From Candidatus Latescibacterota bacterium (lineage in GTDB: Bacteria > Latescibacterota > UBA2968 > GCA-2709665), in NCBI GenBank assembly GCA_965219995.1, contig CBDCOX010000002.1, positions 2,944,001-3,008,000 on the forward strand: DNA of 64,000 bases. Reading direction: 5' to 3'. The notes under the pieces are model-generated. The model was not told the origin of the DNA, did not search any database, and saw only the letters and a list, made by a program, of their open reading frames with translations. The translations under genes and the position numbers were made by a program. Within the stretch, counting starts at the first letter, position 1; each line of letters opens with the position of its first letter. Positions 50,234 through 60,006 of the stretch are shown piece after piece.

Positions 50234-50412
50234 GCGTTTTCTATACGAAACGAAGGACCATGTGATAGCCGGTATTTCGAGGATTGCCGGCCTGAATTCG
50301 CTGGGCTATGGGGTGCCCGCCCCTTCGCGGATTGCAGGTATTCATGACAACTGAACAACGAGGAACTGGAGTGAGGGGTTTGTACGTACATCTACACGGC
50401 CCTCGACGGACG

Positions 50413-51948
50413 TTACATCCAGAGATTCCGGTCGAGGCTGCGGTACTGAATGGCCTCTCCAACGTGCTGAGGTTTGATTTCAGGCTCTTCTTCCAGGTCG
50501 GCGATGGTGCGGCTGACTTTCAGGATACGGTCGTAGGCGCGCGCGGAAAGGCCGAGTTTCGTGATGGCCATCTTGAGAAGCTCCTCGCTTTTGCCGTCGA
50601 TTCGGCAATATTCCCGGATTTCCGCGGTGCCCATGTGCGCATTGCAGAACAGGTGCTTTTTTTCGCTGAAGCGACGAAGTTGCACCGCCCGGGCCGCATT
50701 GACCCCTTCGCGGATGGCATCGGACGATTCTCCCCCGGGATCATCGGCAAGCTCCGTGTAGTCGACCCCGGGTACTTCGATGTGAATGTCGATGCGATCC
50801 AGGAGCGGCCCGGAAATACGGGCCATATACCGCTGGATGATGGGCGGGGAACACGTGCATTCATTCCTGGAGTCGCCGAAATAGCCGCAGGGGCACGGGT
50901 TCAGGGCGCAGGCCAGCATGAACTGGGCGGGATAGGTCAGAGAGACCATGGCACGGGCAATGGTGACAAATCCGTCCTCGACCGGTTGGCGCAAGACTTC
51001 GAGAACGTGCTTTTTGAATTCGGGCAGTTCATCCAGGAAGAGAACGCCGTGGTGCGCGAGAGAGACTTCGCCCGGGCGCGGATGGGGGCCGCCGCCGATC
51101 AGACCTGCGTCGGAAATGGTGTGGTGAGGGGAGCGAAAGGGCCGGATCGCCACCAGTGTGGTATCCGGGGGCAGCAGTCCCGCCACGGAGTGAATCTTGG
51201 TGGCTTCGATCGCTTCATCGAGGGTCAGGTCGGGCAGGATGGTGGGCAGGCGGCGCGTGAGCATGGTCTTGCCCGAGCCTGGCGGGCCGATCATGATGAT
51301 GTTGTGGCCGCCGCTGGCGGCCACCTCCAGCGCACGCTTGGCGTGTACCTGGCCCCGGACGTCGCGGAAGTCAATCCGGTAGTCCAGGGCCTGACTGAAT
51401 ATCCGGTCGACGTCCACCTGGAGCGCCGGCACCGCCCGATAGCCTTCCAGGAAGTCCAGTGTCTCCATCAGGTCTTCGACCGGATGGACGTCGATACCGC
51501 CCGCAATGGCGGCTTCGCGCGCATTCTCCCGGGGGAGAATCATGCCCTTGAGACCTGCCTGACGGGTCTCCACGGCCATCGGCAGGACGCCGCGGACGGG
51601 CCGGACGGCGCCGTCGAGAGCGAGTTCGCCGAGAATCGCGTATTGGGAAAGGATTTCAGGCGAAATGTCACCCGCCGCCGCAAGAATCCCAACCGCAATG
51701 GGCAGGTCGAAGGCTGAGCCTTCCTTGCGGATATCCGCGGGAGCGAGATTGACGGTGACGCGCCGAACCGGAAAGGGTCGGCCGGTGTTTTTTATGGCGG
51801 CGGTCACCCGGTCCCGGCTTTCCTTGACGGCGTTGTCCGGCAGACCCACCACGGAAAACGCGGGAAGCTGGTAGTCCAGGTCGGTCTCGATGCGTACGAT
51901 ATAGGCGTCAATGCCCTGGGTGGCGCAGCTCAACACGCGGGACATCAT
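50413..51948 (-). CDS. comM: YifB/ComM Mg-chelatase-like AAA+ ATPase
   Basis: VGLPDNAVKESRDRV, NLAPADIRKEG, GPPGSGKT, PFRSPHH, LFLDELPEF, NPCPCG. Confidence 0.93.
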   Translation of the reverse strand: MMSRVLSCATQGIDAYIVRIETDLDYQLPAFSVVGLPDNAVKESRDRVTAAIKNTGRPFPVRRVTVNLAPADIRKEGSAFDLPIAVGILAAAGDISPEILSQYAILGELALDGAVRPVRGVLPMAVETRQAGLKGMILPRENAREAAIAGGIDVHPVEDLMETLDFLEGYRAVPALQVDVDRIFSQALDYRIDFRDVRGQVHAKRALEVAASGGHNIIMIGPPGSGKTMLTRRLPTILPDLTLDEAIEATKIHSVAGLLPPDTTLVAIRPFRSPHHTISDAGLIGGGPHPRPGEVSLAHHGVLFLDELPEFKKHVLEVLRQPVEDGFVTIARAMVSLTYPAQFMLACALNPCPCGYFGDSRNECTCSPPIIQRYMARISGPLLDRIDIHIEVPGVDYTELADDPGGESSDAIREGVNAARAVQLRRFSEKKHLFCNAHMGTAEIREYCRIDGKSEELLKMAITKLGLSARAYDRILKVSRTIADLEEEPEIKPQHVGEAIQYRSLDRNLWM

Positions 51949-52197
51949 ACAGGCCTCCTTAGCGTCTGCCGGGAACGCGTCTGAACTCCGCGGAAGCATG
52001 ACGTACTGCAGGGAGTCCGGTGTTGACAAAGCAAGTCCCCGACAGGCCCTCAGACGGCAAAGGGCGTGCCAGAGATATGGGAAAACCCTAACCTGCTGTC
52101 CGGAAAAGGGATGGGGCTGCCGGAAGGAAGATTGGAGCAGACGTCGGGAAAGGGATGTTCAATATTGGAGGAGCGGATTGAACAATTCGTCGATAAA

Positions 52198-53376
52198 CTA
52201 AAGGGGTTGGTCCGGGTCTACGTCGGCCGCATAGTCGACTGCCGGAAGTCCGAAGCCGAACAGTTTGAGGAATTCTGCGCGATAGTTCTGAAGGCCCGCT
52301 GTCGCTTCCAGGTTTTCGGTCGTTACGGATTCCCACAGGGATGCGATGCGTGACTGCACGTCTTCCCTGAGTTCGAGGTCGTCGACGCGGATCCGTCCCG
52401 CTTCGTCCGTGGGAACCCGCGTTCCCGTATAGATGCGATCCTTCAGGAGCCGGTACATCTGTTGGATACAGCCCTCATGAAGGTTCATTTCCGTCATGAC
52501 TTTGTAGAGCGTGGAAATATAGAGTGGTACGACGGGGATAGCCGCGCTGGATTGGGTGACCACGGCCTTGTTTACGGAGACGTGAGCGCTTCCGTTCTTC
52601 TCTTTCAGCCGGGCGTCCAACTCCCTGGCCGTGGCCTCAAGGTGCATTTTCGCTTTCCCGATGGTGCCCTCTCTGTAGAGCGGCCGGGTCAACTCCGGGC
52701 CTAAATATGTGAAGGCGACCGTTCGCACGCCCTCCGAGAGCACGTCGGCCGCTTCAAGGGCCCGAATCCACAGCTCCCAGTCTTCGCCTCCCATTACGGC
52801 CACGGTATTGTCGATCTCGTCTGCATTGGCCGGCTCGATGGCAACCTCCGAGACGACACCCGTGCGGACGTCGACCGTTTTGCCCGTGTAGGGTTCTCCC
52901 ACGGGTTTCAGTACGGACGTGTGTTGCGCTCCTGTATGGGGGTGCGTGCGCCGCGGCGATGCCAGGCTGTATATCACGAGGTCGACCTCGCCCAGGTCTT
53001 CCTTGATGGCGGAGATGGTCTGTTCCTTGATTTCATCGGAAAACGCGTCTCCGTTGATGCTCTTCGAATATTTCCCCGCGCCTCTTGCGGCGCTTTCGAA
53101 GGCGACCGAATTGTACCATCCTGCCGAGGCCGTGCGATTCCTCAAGGCCGGCCTTTCAAAGAATACGCCCACGGTACCGGCGTTCCCGCCAAAGCCGGCG
53201 GCAATCCGGGAGGCCAGGCCGTAACCGGTCGACGCGCCGACAACCAGGACGTTCCGGATGCCTTCCACGGGAGGCTGCCGCCCGACCCAGTCGATCTGTT
53301 CCTGGACATGCCGCGCGCATCCGACCGGGTGGGCGGTCGTGCAGATAAAGCCTCGAATCCTGGGTTTGATGACCAT
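52198..53376 (-). CDS. fabV: Enoyl-ACP / trans-2-enoyl-CoA reductase
   Basis: RGFICTTAHPVGC, GASTGYGLASRI, YSLASPRR, VMGGEDW, KAVVTQSSAAIP. Confidence 0.95.
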   Translation of the reverse strand: MVIKPRIRGFICTTAHPVGCARHVQEQIDWVGRQPPVEGIRNVLVVGASTGYGLASRIAAGFGGNAGTVGVFFERPALRNRTASAGWYNSVAFESAARGAGKYSKSINGDAFSDEIKEQTISAIKEDLGEVDLVIYSLASPRRTHPHTGAQHTSVLKPVGEPYTGKTVDVRTGVVSEVAIEPANADEIDNTVAVMGGEDWELWIRALEAADVLSEGVRTVAFTYLGPELTRPLYREGTIGKAKMHLEATARELDARLKEKNGSAHVSVNKAVVTQSSAAIPVVPLYISTLYKVMTEMNLHEGCIQQMYRLLKDRIYTGTRVPTDEAGRIRVDDLELREDVQSRIASLWESVTTENLEATAGLQNYRAEFLKLFGFGLPAVDYAADVDPDQPL

Positions 53377-53405
53377 GGAACCGTCCTTTTTCGTCTGTCA
53401 GGTTG

Positions 53406-54806
53406 TTATGTGGCGGGTCGTGACTCTGTCCACGGAGCGATCGACTCAAAGGCGGCCGATGCGCGCAGCACCCCCGCGTCGTCACGCCAGCGCCCGACGA
53501 TTTGCAGTCCAACCGGAAGCCCGTCGCCCGCAAAGCCGGCCGGAACGGTGGCCGCCGGCTGGCCGGTGACGTTGAACGGATAGGTGAAAGCCGTCCAGCC
53601 GAGATAGCTGGTCGGATGCCCCGCGACGTCACCGGGATGGTCTTCACCCGCGGAAAAGGCTGTGACGGGAAGCGTGGGGCTGAGAAACAGGTCATAGGAC
53701 TTCATGAATTCACGCCAGCCGTGGTAGTAGTCGTTGCGACGCGCGTACGCGGTTGCCAACTCGGCGCCGGAGACGCCCCGGCCTCTTTCGATCACGGCGA
53801 CGAGGCCGCGATCCAGAAGGTCGCGGACTTCGTTCAGGTTGTCCTTGAATACGCCGGCGAACGAGGCGGCCCAGACCGTGTCCGCGATATCCCAGGGGTC
53901 GGGCAGACCGGGATGGTCCTCTTCGACGTTGCAGCCCAGTTCCTGAAACCGGGCCGCCGCTGCCGTCGCGACCTTCTGAACGTCGGGGTCGATCCGGGCG
54001 TACCCGAGATCGGGAGACCACGCGATGCGCAGGCCGCCGATATCGCCGTCCATTTCGCTGAGATAATCGGTCGCATCCGGCAGTGACAGGCGGTCCATTG
54101 GGTGGGCGCCGGCCATGGCCGTGAGCATCATCGCGGCATCCTTCACGGTGCGGGTAATCGGACCCGCGTGGGAAAGCAATTCGACCACGCTGGCAGGGTA
54201 TTGTGGAATACGGCCCCAGGACGGTTTGAGACCGTAGAGACCGCAAAAGGCGCACGGGATGCGGATGGAGCCGGCGCCGTCCGTTCCCTGTGCGATCGGA
54301 CCCAACCCCAGGGCGACGGCTGCCGCCGCGCCGCCGCTGGACCCGCCGGCCGTACGGCCGTGCATCCAGGGATTGTGCACCGGACCGTTCACGCGGTTTC
54401 CGGAATCTCCCTTCCAGCCCAGTTCGGGAGTGGTGGTCTTGCCAAGAAGGACCATCCCGGCATCGTCCAGGCGTTCCGCAAGCGGCGCGTCGTAATCCGG
54501 CACCCAGTTCCTGTAGAGCAGGGACCCCCGGGCGGTGAGGATGCCTTTTGTGGGCGTGAGATCCTTGAGCGATCCGGGGATGCCCGCCAGAGTCCCGGCG
54601 TTTCCGTCCATATATGCGCGTTCGGCGCAGATTGCCTGTGCCAGGGCACGCTCGTGAGTCACGGTGACGTAGGGATTGAAGACGGGATTGACCCGTTCAA
54701 TCCGGTGCAGCAGCGCTTTCGTGACGTCGACGGGCGAGAGTTCCCGCGTCAGATACAGTTTGCGCAGTTCGAGTGCCGAAAGAAAGCAGAGATTGTCTGA
54801 ATTCAT
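53406..54806 (-). CDS. Amidase signature family protein
   Basis: GKTTTPELG, GGSSGGAAAAVA, GTDGAGSIRIPCAFCG. Confidence 0.93.
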   Translation of the reverse strand: MNSDNLCFLSALELRKLYLTRELSPVDVTKALLHRIERVNPVFNPYVTVTHERALAQAICAERAYMDGNAGTLAGIPGSLKDLTPTKGILTARGSLLYRNWVPDYDAPLAERLDDAGMVLLGKTTTPELGWKGDSGNRVNGPVHNPWMHGRTAGGSSGGAAAAVALGLGPIAQGTDGAGSIRIPCAFCGLYGLKPSWGRIPQYPASVVELLSHAGPITRTVKDAAMMLTAMAGAHPMDRLSLPDATDYLSEMDGDIGGLRIAWSPDLGYARIDPDVQKVATAAAARFQELGCNVEEDHPGLPDPWDIADTVWAASFAGVFKDNLNEVRDLLDRGLVAVIERGRGVSGAELATAYARRNDYYHGWREFMKSYDLFLSPTLPVTAFSAGEDHPGDVAGHPTSYLGWTAFTYPFNVTGQPAATVPAGFAGDGLPVGLQIVGRWRDDAGVLRASAAFESIAPWTESRPAT

Positions 54807-55432
54807 CCTGCCGCTCCGGGTTCTCTACAACGTGTGTCCGGGGTTGTCGGCGTTGGAGAGAACGGGTTTCCCGCAAGTGCAAGCAATTGCGCGACCAGGC
54901 GGTACGAAATGCCCCAGAGGATACGCCGGCCGGGACCCGGCAGATCGATGGTGGAAAAGCGGCGTTCCGCGTTGTCGATCCGGAAGCGGCGCTTATGGTG
55001 TCGTCTGGCGTCTGCGAGTTCGCTCAGACGGACCCAGAAGGCCTCTTTCACTTCGTCGTTCGGATGAAGGCGGCCGGCGGATCCGACATTGTAGACGAAA
55101 CACGATACGAGCACGGGGAGGGTGGCGCCGGTGACGTCGTCCAGGCGTCCGAGGTACTCGGCGCAACCGAGATCCAGGCCGACTTCCTCCCGTGTCTCGC
55201 GCTCGGCGGCAAGTCGCGTACTCCCGTCGAGGCGGTCGACCCTGCCGCCGGGGAACGCGACGTGGCCCGACCACGGATCGTCATCGCGCTGCGACCGCTC
55301 GATAAAGAGCAGTTGAACCGCTTCCTCCTGTTGATGCAGTACCATTGCGACGGCGGCGCGGGTCGCGTCTCGTGAGGCCAGACACGGCTTGTGACCCGCC
55401 AGAACCCGGCGGATGTCCTCGATCGAAGTCAT
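54803..55432 (-). CDS. Nudix hydrolase, CoA pyrophosphatase-like
   Basis: RAAVA, WSGHVAFPGG, AAERETREEVGL, LWGIS. Confidence 0.9.
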   Translation of the reverse strand: MTSIEDIRRVLAGHKPCLASRDATRAAVAMVLHQQEEAVQLLFIERSQRDDDPWSGHVAFPGGRVDRLDGSTRLAAERETREEVGLDLGCAEYLGRLDDVTGATLPVLVSCFVYNVGSAGRLHPNDEVKEAFWVRLSELADARRHHKRRFRIDNAERRFSTIDLPGPGRRILWGISYRLVAQLLALAGNPFSPTPTTPDTRCREPGAAG

Positions 55433-55863
55433 GAGGGCCTGTACTTCCGGTATAGGTTGTATATGAGAAATCCAATACCAAGACCCGCATTGACCAGCAC
55501 CGGGATGCGGTAAATGCTCACCACGTCATACCTGAACACGGCTCCGGATGCGCCCGCGGAGACGATCAGAAACGAGAGGACGATCAGGGGCTTGCAGATT
55601 GCCGGCGGTACAAACGCCGCCGTTACGATAGAAATGAGGGCCGAGTGGAAGATAAAGAACCCGGCGTAGCCGTTTCGGACCGCCATCGCGATCTGCCAGT
55701 CGTACCGATATGCCCAGACCAGGGTCACGTGGGCTACGGCAACCAGCGCAACCAGGGCGATGGCAGGGCGGTTGCAGGTACCTCTGGCGACGAGTACCAG
55801 ATTCACCGATAGGCCGAGATACCCGAGAAAAGCGAGAAGAAACGTGAAGTTTTCGAGCGTCAA
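55429..55863 (-). CDS. Hypothetical multi-pass membrane protein
   Basis: About 5 hydrophobic segments; stop overlaps the Nudix start (ATGA). Confidence 0.75.
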   Translation of the reverse strand: MTLENFTFLLAFLGYLGLSVNLVLVARGTCNRPAIALVALVAVAHVTLVWAYRYDWQIAMAVRNGYAGFFIFHSALISIVTAAFVPPAICKPLIVLSFLIVSAGASGAVFRYDVVSIYRIPVLVNAGLGIGFLIYNLYRKYRPS

Positions 55864-56000
55864 GATGAGGTCTTTGCCGGGAACGGTGAGGCAGGGCGCA
55901 GAACCCCGGACCGGTGGAGAGCGGGCCGGATGGTGCGCGGAAACCGTGAAAGGATATCGTACACCGGGACGGTTTGGCCGGGGGTACGGGAAGGCCGCCA

Positions 56001-56019
56001 GGAATTTTAAAACAGCTTC
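56001..56019. repeat. Solitary copy of the MITE right end
   Basis: GGAATTTTAAAACAGCTTC identical to 57506-57524. Confidence 0.7.
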
Positions 56020-56092
56020 TCAGGGAATGGGATTGAATCCGGGGGCGCGCCGGCGCAGGGAGATTCCCCGCCGGGTCTCTCGCTTCGTGCTG

Positions 56093-57307
56093 TTATTCTC
56101 CGGTATCGACCGGGTTCTTGATCCGGTCGATCTTGTCCTCGCAGTACTTTTTGAATTTTCGATCTCTCAGACCCCTCTGGTAGGCCTGTATCGCCTTGTC
56201 CTTCCAGCCCTGGGGCCGCCAGGCGTCGTAAACATCGCCGATAATGACATATGCCGGCACGCCGAATCTTCTGCTCGATGTGGCTCTCCGGGCGTTGTTC
56301 AGTGCATTCTGGTACTGTTTGAGTTCGAAGTAAGCCACCGCCGCCCGGTACTGGGCCTCGCTGTCTCTGGAATTCAGCGCGAGCGCCTGCCCATAGGCCG
56401 AGACCGCACTCTTGTAGTTCTTCCCCAATGCGTGGGAGTAGCCCAGCGCCGTGTAAATTCTGACTTTGTCTCTATTGGTGGGCGCCACCGCAACCGCTTT
56501 TCTCAGCGTCGTGACCGCTCTTGAATGTTGTTTTGTCGTATTGTATACGACCGCCAGGCTGCGATAGGCGTTGATGTTCTTCCTGTCTTTGCAGTTCGGA
56601 TCGCTGTCGATCGCCCGGCTGTAACTCCGGATTGCCCTGCTGTTTCTCTTGGTGAGACGAAACAGATCCCCAAGCTGCCTGTGGGCTTTGGCGTATTGGG
56701 GGTTGAGTTCGACGGCCGTTGAAAAAGCGTTCTCAGCCTGTTTGATCTTGCGCGCGTTTCTGGCGGCCAGCCCCAGATTGTAGTAATTGGTGGCGTCCGT
56801 CGGATCGAGTTGCGTGGCGTTTTCGTACTCCTCGATGGCCTTCCGGTAATTCTTGCGGAGGAGAAACTCCCTGCCCCGCCGCGCATACGCCGCTTTCAGA
56901 AGTTGCCGGGCGCGGCCGTCCTGAAAATTGCCGTCCAGCTTCACGACCGCTTTAAACGCCGCCTGCGCTTCCTTATATTTTTTCAGGTTGTAATAAAGGT
57001 TGCCCAATTCATAATGGGCTTCCACGTAATCCGGCTTTACCGAAGTCGCCATCCTGAAATTGCTGACGGCCTTGTCGGTATCCTTCAGCTTCTGGTAGGT
57101 CTTGGCGATGCCGCGATAGGCCTGGGCGTTGTTGCCGTCGAGTTTGACGGCATCTTCGAATGCCTGAAGGGCCTGCTGATATCGCCTCTTTTCGAAGAGG
57201 GCCTGACCGGCGTTGTATTTTTCCGCCGATTCGGGAGCCACCTGAGCCCACGCCGGCTGGCAGAACAGGAGACACAGAAGCAAGGGTAGACGCTGTCGAC
57301 AACGCAT
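56093..57307 (-). CDS. Exported basic TPR-repeat protein
   Basis: Signal peptide (..QPAWA/Q); many TPRs such as PDYVEAHYELGNLYY and PQYAKAHRQLG. Confidence 0.9.
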   Translation of the reverse strand: MRCRQRLPLLLCLLFCQPAWAQVAPESAEKYNAGQALFEKRRYQQALQAFEDAVKLDGNNAQAYRGIAKTYQKLKDTDKAVSNFRMATSVKPDYVEAHYELGNLYYNLKKYKEAQAAFKAVVKLDGNFQDGRARQLLKAAYARRGREFLLRKNYRKAIEEYENATQLDPTDATNYYNLGLAARNARKIKQAENAFSTAVELNPQYAKAHRQLGDLFRLTKRNSRAIRSYSRAIDSDPNCKDRKNINAYRSLAVVYNTTKQHSRAVTTLRKAVAVAPTNRDKVRIYTALGYSHALGKNYKSAVSAYGQALALNSRDSEAQYRAAVAYFELKQYQNALNNARRATSSRRFGVPAYVIIGDVYDAWRPQGWKDKAIQAYQRGLRDRKFKKYCEDKIDRIKNPVDTGE

Positions 57308-57338
57308 ATCCGGTGATCCTCTCGATAGTGCTGGTTAA

Positions 57339-57524
57339 GAAACTGCCTTAAAATCCCCAGCGGTCTTCGCGCGGCTGCAAAAGCGCCGGTCGGCGTTGGT
57401 CAAACCCACCCGTATTGAAAGGTCGAGGCTGCGCTCGCTCGCCTCTCTTAGGCGGATTCTCCCGCCTTGACCGCCACTTTTTCGCTCGCGCTCCGGAACT
57501 CACCGGGAATTTTAAAACAGCTTC
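57339..57524. mobile_element. Non-autonomous MITE-like element (~186 bp)
   Basis: Imperfect TIRs GAAACTGCCTTAAAATCCC / GGGAATTTTAAAACAGCTTC; non-coding; one end repeated at 56001. Confidence 0.62.
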
Positions 57525-57656
57525 AAACGAGAAAGCGAATTGCAGACGGGTAATATTGCCAATTACAGTGTTGATGTCAACCGAATTGGACATGCGGAAA
57601 GGCCACCACCGGTTGTGTGATGGCCTCCGCGGAACTGAAAGCTGCTTGAGTCGAGA

Positions 57657-58328
57657 TCAATCGTGCAGCTTGAATCGGATGCGTTGGGTCATCCAGACAT
57701 TGACGGGCTTGTCGTTCTGGATGGCCGGCTTGAAAACGAACTGTCTGACCGCATCGATGGCCGCCTGTCTGAATATTTCCTGGCCCTTCAATACCGAGAC
57801 CCTGTCCGTGCGACCGTCTTTGCGCACCATGAACTTGACGAATACATTGCCTTCCAACCCCGCTTTTCGCGCTATCTCGGGGTATTTGGGGCTGACCGCC
57901 CTGATCTGCTCCGGCTTCTCCTCCACGCTCCAGAACTCCATCACTTCTTCTTCCATCGGCGCTTCGGTAGCGCCCGGCGGCGGGGGCGGAAGGTCGACCG
58001 GGGCCTGATCCAGATCGAGGTCGGTCGTTTCGATGGTCACGTCGTCCGGTACGTCTTCGCTCTCGGTTTCAATCGGCATGGCCGGCCGCGGCGGCGGCGG
58101 CGGGCGCTGGATCTGCCGTGTCTCCGGAATTTCTTCCATCTGGATGATGATCTGGTCTTTCTTCCCCGCCGAGGCCCGTATATCGAACGTCGGGAAAAGG
58201 ATAGCCATAAACAGGTGCAGGGCGCAGGAAATGCCGACCGACGTCCAGAAGACCTTCGGATAACGCCGTCGGAGGTCGTGCTCCGGGTATTTCCTGCGGA
58301 CGATATCCTTTCCTTTGATATAGGCCAT
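57657..58328 (-). CDS. tonB: Energy transducer TonB
   Basis: TM helix with SCALH, Pro-rich linker, PKYPEIARKAGLEGNVFVKF. Confidence 0.92.
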   Translation of the reverse strand: MAYIKGKDIVRRKYPEHDLRRRYPKVFWTSVGISCALHLFMAILFPTFDIRASAGKKDQIIIQMEEIPETRQIQRPPPPPRPAMPIETESEDVPDDVTIETTDLDLDQAPVDLPPPPPGATEAPMEEEVMEFWSVEEKPEQIRAVSPKYPEIARKAGLEGNVFVKFMVRKDGRTDRVSVLKGQEIFRQAAIDAVRQFVFKPAIQNDKPVNVWMTQRIRFKLHD

Positions 58329-58333
58329 ATACG

Positions 58334-58744
58334 TTACCTCTCTCGATCCGTGGCGAAGTTGACGCGCAGGGCGTCCGCCTTGCGGAGTTCCTCGATCACT
58401 TCGGACACCAGCCCGTAGGGCGCCCGGGTATCGCATTTCAGGGAGACGATAAGACGCGGGTTCTGCACCCGGCGTTCGTAGAAAATGGGCGCAACCTGGT
58501 TTACCTGGGCGATTTTGTCGTCGATGTAGACTTTCCGGTCCGCGGAAATCCAGACGTAGGAAACGTGCCGGCGCGTCTTGATTTCCTCGACCTTTTCAGC
58601 CCTGGGCAGCACGATACCGGTGACCCGATAGCGGACGAATACCGTCGTGACCATGAAAAAGATCAGGAGGAGAAAGGCAATATCTGCCATTGAACCGGTC
58701 GGAATGGACGAATGCACCCCGGATTTTTTCGAAAAATCAGCCAT
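58334..58744 (-). CDS. exbD: Biopolymer transporter ExbD/TolR
   Basis: SMADIAFLLLIFFMVTT. Confidence 0.93.
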   Translation of the reverse strand: MADFSKKSGVHSSIPTGSMADIAFLLLIFFMVTTVFVRYRVTGIVLPRAEKVEEIKTRRHVSYVWISADRKVYIDDKIAQVNQVAPIFYERRVQNPRLIVSLKCDTRAPYGLVSEVIEELRKADALRVNFATDRER

Positions 58745-58772
58745 GCTGAAGGTCTCCTGTTGCCGGACGGGC

Positions 58773-59189
58773 CTACTTTTCCGGGGATGCTAGAGAGATC
58801 CGCGTTGCGCCGGAAAGCTTGATCTCATCCAGGACGTCTATGAACGCATTGTAGGGCGTTTCCTCGTCGGCCTTGAGTGAAACGATCAGCTTGTCGTTTT
58901 CGCTCAGGCGCCGCTCGATGTCGGCGCGGAGCTGGCTCAGAGGCATTTCCTGTTCCAGGTTGATCAGGATATCGCCGGCGGCATTCACCCAGACGTTGCA
59001 TATATTCTTCTTCTGGATCTTCTTGTTTTCTCCGGCGGGCGGAAGCTGCATCCCGATGCCCTTGTCCTGGTTCATCGTGGTGGTCACCAGGAAGAAGACG
59101 ATCAGCAGAAACGCAATGTCCGCCATGGACGAAGTCGGGATGTCAGGGTTGGACTTGTTCCGTCTTGCCAATACTGGCTTGCCTGCCAT
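58773..59189 (-). CDS. exbD: Biopolymer transporter ExbD/TolR (second copy)
   Basis: SMADIAFLLIVFFLVTT, LKADEETPY. Confidence 0.93.
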   Translation of the reverse strand: MAGKPVLARRNKSNPDIPTSSMADIAFLLIVFFLVTTTMNQDKGIGMQLPPAGENKKIQKKNICNVWVNAAGDILINLEQEMPLSQLRADIERRLSENDKLIVSLKADEETPYNAFIDVLDEIKLSGATRISLASPEK

Positions 59190-59192
59190 GGC

Positions 59193-59819
59193 TTATTCTC
59201 CCGCGGGCGTATCGTAGCCGGCCTGGATCAGTTCGTCGATGAACTGAGAGGAACTTTCCTGCATATCGATGATGATCTTATCGATCTTGGAGACGAAGAG
59301 GTTGTGGAGTGCCTGGATCGGAATGGCGATAACCAGACCGGAAGCCGTGGTGATGAGCGCTTCGGAAATACCCGCGGCCACAATACTGGGCTCGACGTCG
59401 CCGGCTTTTGCGATGGCGTCGAAGGCGCTGATCATACCGCTCACCGTCCCGAGGAATCCGAGCAGCGGCGCGATATTGGCTACGGTAGACAACCAGACCA
59501 TGCCTTTTTCCAGGAATGCCATTTCGATGGCGCCGGACTCTTCAATGGCCTTCTCGACGTGTTCGATCCCCCGATCGAGGCGAAGAAGCCCGGCGTGGAG
59601 AACCGAGGCGACCGGGCCGCGGTGACTCGCGCAAACCTCGGCGACGCCCTCGGGCCCCCGTTGTTTAAGCGCTTCCTGAATCGCGGTGAAAAACTCCCGG
59701 GTGTCGATTGACGAACGCCACAGCGACCAGAATCGTTCAATACTTACCGCGATACCGAAAAGCAACATCAGCAGAAGCGGGTGCATAAAGGGCCCGCCAT
59801 TGACATAAAGTTCAACCAT
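59193..59819 (-). CDS. exbB: MotA/TolQ/ExbB proton channel
   Basis: GGPFM, APLLGFLGTVSGMI, GISEALITTASGL. Confidence 0.93.
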   Translation of the reverse strand: MVELYVNGGPFMHPLLLMLLFGIAVSIERFWSLWRSSIDTREFFTAIQEALKQRGPEGVAEVCASHRGPVASVLHAGLLRLDRGIEHVEKAIEESGAIEMAFLEKGMVWLSTVANIAPLLGFLGTVSGMISAFDAIAKAGDVEPSIVAAGISEALITTASGLVIAIPIQALHNLFVSKIDKIIIDMQESSSQFIDELIQAGYDTPAGE

Positions 59820-60006
59820 GCTTCAATCCCCCAGTTGATGATGTGAATGCTCGCTGCGGTGGAAAAATGTGCGCCGGAAGCGCAGGCCCGGACAACTGTC
59901 TCGCGGTTCCGAGATGGATTGAGGTTCGTCGGAAGGCGTGGGTTTTCTTCGTTCTGCCGCGACGGAAGAAAGGAAAAAACGTCGCATATCCAGAGACCAG
60001 CTCCCC

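Noticed and set aside
50413-51948. comM as an integration hotspot for mobile elements
   Set aside because: The ORF is uninterrupted and no integrase is nearby.
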